A stretch of 64,000 nt of DNA. It comes from Deltaproteobacteria bacterium (GTDB taxonomy: Bacteria > Myxococcota_A > UBA9160 > UBA4427). A model generated the notes under the pieces. It searched no databases and had not been told where the DNA came from. It saw only the letters and a program-made list of their open reading frames with translations. How positions within the stretch are numbered: position 1 is the first letter of the stretch; each line of letters begins with the position of its first letter. The translations under genes were made by a program, and so were the position numbers. Of this stretch, positions 18,673-26,838 are shown in pieces. The DNA lies in assembly GCA_002691205.1 (NCBI GenBank), contig NZHD01000020.1, positions 1,615-65,614 on the forward strand, in the 5' to 3' direction.

Positions 18673-20622
18673 CTACTCGATGTACCCGAGAGCCCGAAGG
18701 GCCTCTTCCGTTTCGATGGGGAAGTCGCCCTGCCTACTTTCCCGACTACTCCCTTCGTAAAAGCTAGCGTCGATCCATTCCCATAAGGCTCCCTGCAGTT
18801 CCGCTACAACTTCAGGGTTTTCATCCGCAACATTACGTTCCTCGAGCGGGTCTACTGAGAGATCGTAGAGCTCAAGCAAAACGATACGATAGTGATAGGG
18901 ATTGAAATATTCCTCTGGCACCCACAAACGCCCGAGCCCTTCCACGATGGCGTCGAGACCGACAGAAAGACGGTAAAAATCTGTCAGCAGCTTATACCGA
19001 TCCGTCCGAATCGCCTTGGTCCTGTAGCCCGAACGGCCTGTGCCGATTGAGAACTGATACGCACGAGATGGACTGGGCTGCTCGCCGAGAATCAACGGAG
19101 CAAGATCCTGCCCTTGGGCCACTGGATTCTGAGGCAGGCCAAGCAGCGAAAGGACCGTCGGATGAATGTCCACAAGACTCACCGCACTCTCTATCCTCTT
19201 GCCATTCGGGAGATCTGGATGAATCAAAACAAGCGGCACATGAATCGTGTGGTCATATGGATTGCGATGACCAAAGTAGACTCCACGATGCTCACCTTGC
19301 AGGGATTCTCCGTGGTCAGCCGTAATGATGACCAGCGTATTGCGCCAGAGATCGAGGGCCGTCATCTGGTCAAAGAGTTGCCCCAGTTTGTCGTCCAGGT
19401 ATCGAATCTCGGCATCATACTGAGAAATATAGAAGTCAAGTTCATTGTTGTTATAGAACGGATGACTACTCTGGATAGGCTCGTACATGTCGTTTTCCGG
19501 AGCCAGAGCGCCACGGTGCTCATCGGCCAAATCGTCTTTAGAGTAAATTTCCCTATAGGCAGGAGGAACGATGTAGGGTTTGTGAGGATCCATATAGTGG
19601 AGCCAAACAAAGAATCGATCATCCTTGATCTCGCTTAGGAGTGGCAGAGCCACCTCATTGAGAAGGCGGGCCTCTTCAGGGTCAACTCGGTAAACCGCCT
19701 CTTTTCCTTTGATTTCGAGGGGCAAATATTCTTCAAACCCCTGGTGTAGATTAAAAGCCTTCCCCAATCCCGGGTTCCCGGTGGCCCCAGCGGTTCGATA
19801 GCCCTTACTCTGAAGCAACTCAGTCAGTGTGATGTTTGAATCGTCCAACATTCCGCGATTTTCCATCAAGCGGTGCGTCGGTGGATAAGTTCCAGTCAGG
19901 ATGGTTGCCAACGAAGGAGCTGTGGAAACTTTTTGAGAGATCGCATGATCAAAAACAATTCCCATTTCACTCAACTTAGTCAGCTGGGGCGCCGTATCTC
20001 GATCGTATCCGTAAACTGGAATGTGATCTGCGCGCAACGTATCGATGGTAATCAGCATGACATTCGTCGTCTCTCGGCTGAGGGGTGTCTCCAACAAAGT
20101 AACGGTCTCGTCTCGAAGACTTGAGACACCCGGATAGTCAGTCGCCCTCGTCGCGTGCAAGACCCACGCAGAGACGGCCATCAGCAAGACCAACGGAAAA
20201 CCGATGGGAAGAGCGGCCACTCTCAAATAGGTGATGCCGTACGTCGTCAAAGCCGAACCTGCCGAGACGATCAGAGCGCCCACCCCAACCGCCACAAGCT
20301 CCAGCGGTCGGTCGACCCGACCCAGAACCGCCAGACCTCCCACAACGAACGCAACGAATGTGACGAAGCCGACTCCCAATGCCGTCGCCCATCTCCGCCT
20401 TTCTCGACTGAAGAAAAAAGCCGTCACACTCCCAGCTAAAGCAAAGCAGCCACCGATTACACTCAAGAACAGAGAGGCGGAAAACAAATAAAAACGTGTC
20501 GAGTCCGGCATGGGCAGGTGATCATAAAAGACGACTAAAATCCCGGTAAGAACCACTGAAACCATCAGCCCACACAAGAAGCCTGCGGTGGACGAGCTCA
20601 ACTTTCCTGACTCCTCAGACAT
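18673..20622 (-). CDS. Membrane-anchored sulfatase-like hydrolase/transferase (alkaline phosphatase superfamily)
   Basis: About 5 N-terminal TM segments; NVMLITIDTLRAD, STAPSLATILTG, HYMDPH, ADHGE, LRALGY. Confidence 0.85.
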   Translation of the reverse strand: MSEESGKLSSSTAGFLCGLMVSVVLTGILVVFYDHLPMPDSTRFYLFSASLFLSVIGGCFALAGSVTAFFFSRERRRWATALGVGFVTFVAFVVGGLAVLGRVDRPLELVAVGVGALIVSAGSALTTYGITYLRVAALPIGFPLVLLMAVSAWVLHATRATDYPGVSSLRDETVTLLETPLSRETTNVMLITIDTLRADHIPVYGYDRDTAPQLTKLSEMGIVFDHAISQKVSTAPSLATILTGTYPPTHRLMENRGMLDDSNITLTELLQSKGYRTAGATGNPGLGKAFNLHQGFEEYLPLEIKGKEAVYRVDPEEARLLNEVALPLLSEIKDDRFFVWLHYMDPHKPYIVPPAYREIYSKDDLADEHRGALAPENDMYEPIQSSHPFYNNNELDFYISQYDAEIRYLDDKLGQLFDQMTALDLWRNTLVIITADHGESLQGEHRGVYFGHRNPYDHTIHVPLVLIHPDLPNGKRIESAVSLVDIHPTVLSLLGLPQNPVAQGQDLAPLILGEQPSPSRAYQFSIGTGRSGYRTKAIRTDRYKLLTDFYRLSVGLDAIVEGLGRLWVPEEYFNPYHYRIVLLELYDLSVDPLEERNVADENPEVVAELQGALWEWIDASFYEGSSRESRQGDFPIETEEALRALGYIE

Positions 20623-20891
20623 GATTCCCTCTTGTTTTTAGCTTTTCGTTCACCCTTATCCATTTAGATTCCCAGCCTAGGGAGCCGACCAAGTCTAGTG
20701 CAAATCAGGGATTAGAACGATTGAGCCCACCATTTCCAAAAAACCCAGCAAAGGATGCGCCTGGCACGTGGCGCCGGAAGGTCCACAGGGGCTCGACTGA
20801 ACAGAGGACGAGTCGCGATTTCAACCGCTTATTTTACACCCTTGGCCATGTCGGGTAGGATTCGGCATGGAGCGTTTTCTCGAGTGGTACA

Positions 20892-21647
20892 GTGACTGTC
20901 ACGACGCCTAAAGGTTCGCCAGAGAATTCCGGCAAGGGCCCAGTGGACTCTCCTTACACGTATCGAGAAGTCCATGGCCTTCGCTCGCGCCTATCGGACC
21001 TCAAATTTGCCGCGGCCTACTGGGTCTGGCAAAGAATGATTCACAGATATGCCCAAGACGCTCGGTCAAATCTATCCATCCTAGAGGTCGGTTGCGGTGC
21101 GGGGAACTTCGTGAAGTGCCTCAAGGGCTGGTATCCAAATGCTCGACTCTCCGCCATCGATCTCGATGAAGCCGTGGTCGCCCCATGTGCGCTTCGACAT
21201 CCCGACGTTTGCTTTGCCCGAACAAGCTCTGAGCAACTCCCTTTTGCTTCTAATAGCTTTGACGTGATCTCCGCTCTTCAAGTCATCGAGCACTTTCCCT
21301 GCCCAGAGGACTTTCTTGCTGAGGCCCATCGTGTCCTTCGACATGAAGGGGTCCTGCTGCTGGCCACCCCCAACACTGAAGGGCTTGCGGCGCGCCGACT
21401 CGGAGAGGCATGGCCAGGCATCCGCCCCGATCATATCTCTCTACGAACGCCTAACCAGTGGCGTTCGGCGATCACAGAGGCGGGCTTCGAGTCCCTTTCC
21501 GAGGGAACCACTCTCTTCGCAGGTTTCAAATGGCTGGGGAGGCCTCCCCTATCTCTGCCATTCCAACTTCTGCAGTCGATCTTTGGTTGGTTCCCATGGC
21601 CATGGGGCGAAAGCTTCATGATGGTCGCTCGACGAACGAGCCCCTGA
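20892..21647 (+). CDS. Class I SAM-dependent methyltransferase
   Basis: ILEVGCGAG, LPFASNSFDVI, VIEHF, ATPN. Confidence 0.88.
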   Translation: MTVTTPKGSPENSGKGPVDSPYTYREVHGLRSRLSDLKFAAAYWVWQRMIHRYAQDARSNLSILEVGCGAGNFVKCLKGWYPNARLSAIDLDEAVVAPCALRHPDVCFARTSSEQLPFASNSFDVISALQVIEHFPCPEDFLAEAHRVLRHEGVLLLATPNTEGLAARRLGEAWPGIRPDHISLRTPNQWRSAITEAGFESLSEGTTLFAGFKWLGRPPLSLPFQLLQSIFGWFPWPWGESFMMVARRTSP

Positions 21648-21671
21648 ATGCTCAAACCATCCCAGCCGACC

Positions 21672-22907
21672 ATGCGAATTCTTCAAGTCACACCCTATTA
21701 CGAACCTGACTTTCAAAAAGGCGGCATCGTTCGATCCACAAGCATCCTTTGCCGCGAGTTGGTCCGACAGGGACACCAAGTCACTGTGTGGACCACGCAA
21801 GCACCCGAAGGGCAGAATGATTCGCCTCTCCATCAATCGATTGATATGGGCGGAGTCGAAGTCATTTATCATCGCAACCTCGCGGGCGGCTTCTGGTTTG
21901 ACGAACACATGGTTCGATCCGTTGTGCACATTGAACGCTACGACCTCGTGCATGTCGCGGCCTTCTGGCAGGCCTTTGGCTGGCCGGCCCTCTATGCGGC
22001 ACACCGTAAAGGCATTCCAACCGTCATTTCCCCACGTGGGAGCTTGGTGATGGTTCACAATCAGGCCCGAGAAGCCTGGAAGCATCGCGCCATGTACTGG
22101 CTACACAATCACCGCGCTCTTAATCGAGCCAGCGCAATTCACTTCACTGCGGCGATTGAACGTCAAGATGCCGTCGATCTCGGCCTTCGATCCCCCATGT
22201 TTCGAGTCGCCAACGCCTTAGCGAATGAAGACTTTCGAGCACTCCCAGATCGAGAAAGTTGGCGACAACGCTTAGGCGTCAAAGAGGATCAACCGCTCAT
22301 TCTCTTCCTCGGAAGACTCGACCGGCGAAAGGCTTTGGATGTCCTCATTGAGGCTTTTCACCAATCTCAGGTGGGAAAAGATCGAGCGCAACTGTTGCTC
22401 GCAGGACCGGATGACGGCGTCGAGGCGGCGCTCAGGGATCAGGTGAGTGCCCTTGGACTGGCGTCAAGGGTTCGTTTTCTCGGCCTCGTCGATGCGGAGG
22501 TTCGCGCCGGCTTATTTTCGGCTTCGGACCTTTGCACACTGACTTCTCACGCTGAAAACTTCGGAAATGCGGCGGGCGAAGCCATGTCGGCTGGACTCCC
22601 CGTCATCGTCTCACAGACCTGCGGAATCGCTGAGCACATCGAGGAATATCAAGCAGGGCGAGTTGTGCCGGTGGAATCAACGGCCATTGCCCGTGCCCTC
22701 GATGAACTTCTTAAGGCGCCTCATGAGCTGTCCCAGATGGGCAATCGAGCTCGCCAATTAGTCGAAGAGAAATATGGCGCCCACGCGGTAGCGACCAACA
22801 TGGCCAAGGCATATCAGGACGTCCTCACGGGAAATCGCTCTCCAGAATGCGATTGGCTCGAGTTCAAAGAACACAAAAGACCGACGACAAGAGCACCCTC
22901 AAGATAG
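21672..22907 (+). CDS. Glycosyltransferase family 4
   Basis: MRILQVTP...GG, SPRG, FLGRLDRRK and ENFGNAAGEAMSAGLPVI (EX7E). Confidence 0.9.
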   Translation: MRILQVTPYYEPDFQKGGIVRSTSILCRELVRQGHQVTVWTTQAPEGQNDSPLHQSIDMGGVEVIYHRNLAGGFWFDEHMVRSVVHIERYDLVHVAAFWQAFGWPALYAAHRKGIPTVISPRGSLVMVHNQAREAWKHRAMYWLHNHRALNRASAIHFTAAIERQDAVDLGLRSPMFRVANALANEDFRALPDRESWRQRLGVKEDQPLILFLGRLDRRKALDVLIEAFHQSQVGKDRAQLLLAGPDDGVEAALRDQVSALGLASRVRFLGLVDAEVRAGLFSASDLCTLTSHAENFGNAAGEAMSAGLPVIVSQTCGIAEHIEEYQAGRVVPVESTAIARALDELLKAPHELSQMGNRARQLVEEKYGAHAVATNMAKAYQDVLTGNRSPECDWLEFKEHKRPTTRAPSR

Positions 22908-22932
22908 ACACAAGCGGAGCCGAACAAGAGCC

Positions 22933-23964
22933 TTAAGGGCCGGGCTCCCCATCGGCTCCATCGGCACTCAGCGCACCTCCACAACTTGAACCAGAACCCG
23001 CGGTGCAACCAAAGCAGTGAGGGCCCACCCCCACCCTGTTCCCCTCAAGCTCGCCGAGGTCATCAATCTGCCAGATATTTTGAACCGATCCTGGGATTGA
23101 AATTTCACAGGCCTGATTAAAATCGCAGTCGAAGAAATATCCTTGATGATCAACACTCAAGAGACTCCGACACATGAGATCCGGAAGAGTCTCGGGATTG
23201 AAATGAGCGATCAGCAAAGACATATACTCATCGTATGCGCCTTCCCGCTGAAGCGAATGTGCAAAACGTTTGATGGGCATATTGGTCAGGGTCAGAAGCC
23301 GATCAAAAACGATGCCGTGCTCCGCACCCAGCCGCTCCCGAAACTCCGCCTCCAGAACGCTCTGATTGCCAGGAAGAAAAGCGCCACCCGGGTTATAGAC
23401 TAAGTGCAGAGCGTGCTCATCATTCCCCTGCCCGTAGCCCAACGTATTGAGGAGTTGCAATGCCTTGATACTTCGATCAAAGACATTTCGGCCGCGCTGG
23501 TTTTCGACATTTTCGGGTGTGTAACAAGGAAGCGACGCGACCACCTCGACCCCATGATCGGCTAAGAACTGAGCTGTATCGTCTTGCCCCGACTCAAAAA
23601 GCACGGTGAGATTGCAACGATCAATCACTCGACGTCCAAGCTTGCGAGCTCCTCGAACCAGGTCGCGGAACCCTTCATGGAGCTCCGGGGCCCCTCCCGT
23701 CAAGTCCAAAACCTCGACGGCCGGATTCAGTGCAAGCAACTCCAGCACTCGGACACACCCCGCTTCCGAAAGACGCTCTGTACGTAAGGGCCCCGACTCT
23801 ACATGGCAGTGATGGCAGGCCAAGTTGCAGCGCTTCCCAATATTCACCTGAAGGGTCTTGATCGAGCCTCGTCTGAGGTGAGCCAAAGGCGAATTCGCCA
23901 AATGAGTACTTGGGCGATCCTCAGCCCTAAAAGAGGCAAGCGAGCCTGAGTTTCCTTGAGCCAT
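22933..23964 (-). CDS. arsS: ArsS-type radical SAM protein (arsenosugar-biosynthesis family)
   Basis: TLQVNIGKRCNLACHHCHV, DLTGGAPE, IDRCNLT, ASLPCY, DCDFNQ and C-terminal HCFGCTAGSGSSCGGAL. Confidence 0.85.
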   Translation of the reverse strand: MAQGNSGSLASFRAEDRPSTHLANSPLAHLRRGSIKTLQVNIGKRCNLACHHCHVESGPLRTERLSEAGCVRVLELLALNPAVEVLDLTGGAPELHEGFRDLVRGARKLGRRVIDRCNLTVLFESGQDDTAQFLADHGVEVVASLPCYTPENVENQRGRNVFDRSIKALQLLNTLGYGQGNDEHALHLVYNPGGAFLPGNQSVLEAEFRERLGAEHGIVFDRLLTLTNMPIKRFAHSLQREGAYDEYMSLLIAHFNPETLPDLMCRSLLSVDHQGYFFDCDFNQACEISIPGSVQNIWQIDDLGELEGNRVGVGPHCFGCTAGSGSSCGGALSADGADGEPGP

Positions 23965-24125
23965 CCCACAGCATCCCTCATTTTGCGACGACCCGAAACC
24001 CGCCTTTCCACGCCCTCCTCCTGAATTTATGTCTTGAGACGCGCCCGGGGAAAAGCAGACCCTTCCAATGCCTCAACCCGAATGGCCCGCCACCCAAGAG
24101 GGGAAGCACGGACGATCAGAGATAC

Positions 24126-24171
24126 AAAAAAACGGTCTGACCTGGACAGTGAAGTGTCCGGCCAGACCGTT
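24126..24171 (-). terminator. Intrinsic terminator downstream of the PEP-CTERM gene
   Basis: AACGGTCTG/CAGACCGTT outer stem plus GGACA/TGTCC inner stem, followed by a 7-U tract on the minus strand. Confidence 0.7.
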
Positions 24172-24223
24172 CGGACTCGCGCCCAGATGGTCTTCGTTTT
24201 CAGAACTTCTGGTCCTTCAGGTT

Positions 24224-24880
24224 CTACTCGCGACGCCGCCGACTCGCCAGACCGACGAGACCGAGACCGAGCAGGAGCGCTGTCGAGGGCTCGGGAATGG
24301 GCGCCACTTCCATACGCACATTGTCCCACATCACCTGAAGGCCAGCGCTGCCCACCAGCGCGATGCCGAGGTTATATCCCTCAAATGGGTCGCCGCTGGC
24401 CAGCGCCGTATAGGTCACCGACAGGTCGGGGGAGTAGTTGGCGGAAGAGCCGCCTGGGCCGCAACACGGACCTTCAGGGGCTGCCACGTCAATCATTGCA
24501 GCTGTCCCGTTCGCATTAGTGAGCGGTGTCGCCAAGCCGCTGCCAGGGCTATAAATGTAGAACGAACCTTCTCCGCCGGTAAAAGTGTGATATTGCCCTA
24601 AGTCCACAGTAAGCGTGTAGGCATTCCCACTGGATATCGTGCTCGAGAGTAGTTGGTACAGAATGCCATCTGGACCGTTGGTGTAACCGCTCCAGACACC
24701 CTCTGACATCGAGCCTGTGATAAACCCAGACGTCCCAACCTTTGACCATCCCTGCCCGTTGTTCTCGAAGCCGGGGTCTGTAATTGCGATTGACGTCGCA
24801 CCGGCGGCAGAACTCAGAGCGGTCATGAAGAAACTGAAAGAAACCAGAAGAGAGAGCAAGAGCAATAGCAAACGGTGCAT
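24224..24880 (-). CDS. PEP-CTERM surface protein, possibly with a carbohydrate-binding-like beta-sandwich
   Basis: Signal peptide; DPGFE...GW start and WDNVR end; IPEPSTALLLGLGLVGLASRRRRE. Confidence 0.88.
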   Translation of the reverse strand: MHRLLLLLLSLLVSFSFFMTALSSAAGATSIAITDPGFENNGQGWSKVGTSGFITGSMSEGVWSGYTNGPDGILYQLLSSTISSGNAYTLTVDLGQYHTFTGGEGSFYIYSPGSGLATPLTNANGTAAMIDVAAPEGPCCGPGGSSANYSPDLSVTYTALASGDPFEGYNLGIALVGSAGLQVMWDNVRMEVAPIPEPSTALLLGLGLVGLASRRRRE

Positions 24881-25287
24881 GAAAATTTCCTTCCCAAGAA
24901 ATATAAAACGATGAATGGCTTATCGCTGACTGCCAAAGTCGTCTCTTTTTATACACCTTATTGAGTGCTAAATGACGAAATTAAATTCCGATATGAAAAA
25001 AAATGGGGCCGAGCATAAAGGATCTCAATAAGGCCATAAATGGCACACTTCATTGATCCGATACTCAGGGGCTACATCCTGGGCTCACATAAACAAAAAT
25101 GATTGGACACACCTCTCCCAGCAGCTCCAGGCGTTACGTCAAGCTTGCGGCTTCTACGCAGCGGCAGCTCTCCGACCCGTGGACGGCTGACCGTCCCCGT
25201 TGTCCCTGGAGTGTCCCCAATGCCTTCAGCTCGTTTTCAGAAGAGTCGGTAACTGGCTGAAAATGTTTTCGAAAGTGTGATTCGGAG

Positions 25288-25363
25288 TGGAGCGCGAGAC
25301 CGGGTTCGAACCGGCGACCCTTAGCTTGGGAAGCTAATGCTCTACCAACTGAGCTACTCGCGC
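25288..25363 (-). tRNA. tRNA-Gly(CCC)
   Basis: GCGCGAG acceptor stem, AGCTCAGTTGGTAGAGC D-arm, TTAGC-TTCCCAA-GCTAA anticodon arm, GGTTCGAACCC T-arm, encoded CCA; 76 nt. Confidence 0.97.
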
Positions 25364-25449
25364 GACAGATCAGAAACTAGCGCGAAGCACAGGAAACGGA
25401 CAGTGCTGGGAGCGGATAGAAAGGCTGGGCTCGGTCTCCAAGACTGGGC

Positions 25450-26793
25450 TCAGTCGTCGAGCAAGTCCAGAAAAGCATCTTCGGCCTCGATAGGCATGGT
25501 TGCAGGGCTGGAAAGCCCTGCCCGCCCTCGTGCTTTTTGAGTCACAAAATCCTCAGAAGAAAAAGATTGAGTCGCTGCCAAATCGTCCGCCTCAAGCTCT
25601 TGTGGCGACGCAAGGTCTAACTCATCCGAAGCCGAATCGGGCAACCACTCCACTTCCAAATCCATGGTCACGTCATGATCGGATTCCAAATGTGCAGGGG
25701 ACAGATCGTGCGCCAAAGGCGATTCCAGAATCCCCTCATCGAGAGACCAGACTTCTTCTTCCGGCGCCCCTAGGACCACGAGATCTTCATTGGAAACCAC
25801 CGACGGAGTCGAGGGACTGTCTATCGATTTCACCTCTAAGTCAGCCATAAACGGAACCTGCCCCTCAACCAAACCAAGCTTCGCGATTGGATGTGCAGCG
25901 TCTCGTGCTGCGTCCGAGGAGGGAGATGATGATTCAAGAGCTTTTGGGCCCAACTCGGGCAAAGGGTCGCCCTTTTGAGCTCGAGGAATCAAACCCAAAT
26001 CACCTGCGGCCCGCTCCACATCCTCCGAACCAACCTGAGACGCGCCCCTCAAGTAGGCCTCAAACATTGCATTATCGACCAAGTTATTAATTACCCTGGG
26101 GCGCCCATCGCTCGTCTTCGCCAGAATGTGCACCACGGAATCAGACAATAGATCTCTCGGACCAGCGACCACGGAAAGTCGATGATTCAGGTACCCCTTG
26201 ACTGCGTCCAAGTCGAGATTTTTAAGACAAATACGAACATCGACGCGCTCCGCCAAACCAGGATCTTGGCCCACACACGTATCGATCTCGGAAGACCCGA
26301 CCAAAACGATAGATAGCAAGCCCCGACCCTCGTGCTCCATGTTCAAAAGGCCACCGATTTCAGACATCACTTCGGTGCCGAGCACTTCCGCGTCATCAAT
26401 CATCAGCACGAGACTGCGACCTTCTTCCCGAATACGAATTAACTCTAAATAGATCGCGGTCAGAACTTCGGCACGTCCCTCTTCCAACGTCTCGGCACCC
26501 AAATCCCGAGCCAACCGACTCAAAACCGTCTGAGAATTGGCGGTTCCTCGAAGCATCACCATCAATACGGCTTCGAATTTATCTTCGTCGAGACTTTCAA
26601 AAATTCGACGAACCAAAAGACTCTTGCCCACACCGTGCTCACCCATCAAGAGAGTCAGCCCCTTGCCCTGGTCAACGCTTCGCTTCAGTCGAACATAAGC
26701 ATCGGCGTGGAACTGGCTCTCATAGAAAAAAGACAAATCCGAATCGTTTCTGAAGGGGTCCATCGGCAGTTTAAAATGTTCAAGATGTTCCAC
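25450..26793 (-). CDS. ExeA/GspA-family AAA ATPase with acidic C-terminal extension
   Basis: HFKLPMDPF, GEHGVGKS Walker A, LMIDDAE Walker B, GRPRVINNLVDNA. Confidence 0.85.
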   Translation of the reverse strand: MEHLEHFKLPMDPFRNDSDLSFFYESQFHADAYVRLKRSVDQGKGLTLLMGEHGVGKSLLVRRIFESLDEDKFEAVLMVMLRGTANSQTVLSRLARDLGAETLEEGRAEVLTAIYLELIRIREEGRSLVLMIDDAEVLGTEVMSEIGGLLNMEHEGRGLLSIVLVGSSEIDTCVGQDPGLAERVDVRICLKNLDLDAVKGYLNHRLSVVAGPRDLLSDSVVHILAKTSDGRPRVINNLVDNAMFEAYLRGASQVGSEDVERAAGDLGLIPRAQKGDPLPELGPKALESSSPSSDAARDAAHPIAKLGLVEGQVPFMADLEVKSIDSPSTPSVVSNEDLVVLGAPEEEVWSLDEGILESPLAHDLSPAHLESDHDVTMDLEVEWLPDSASDELDLASPQELEADDLAATQSFSSEDFVTQKARGRAGLSSPATMPIEAEDAFLDLLDD

Positions 26794-26838
26794 GGGTTCA
26801 TCCTTATCCGATTAATGTGAGTGTTTTGATAAGTCGAG

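Noticed and set aside
21640-21680. Methyltransferase TGA immediately followed by an in-frame ATG of the GT4 ORF
   Set aside because: No SECIS-like hairpin, both domains are complete, and the GT4 most likely starts at MRILQV (21672).
24969-24994. Sigma28-like TAAA-N14-TCCGATAT on the plus strand
   Set aside because: Short spacer, AT-rich background, and no plus-strand gene downstream.
25337-25540. ORF beginning MLYQLSYSR
   Set aside because: Typical spurious translation of a tRNA antisense strand.
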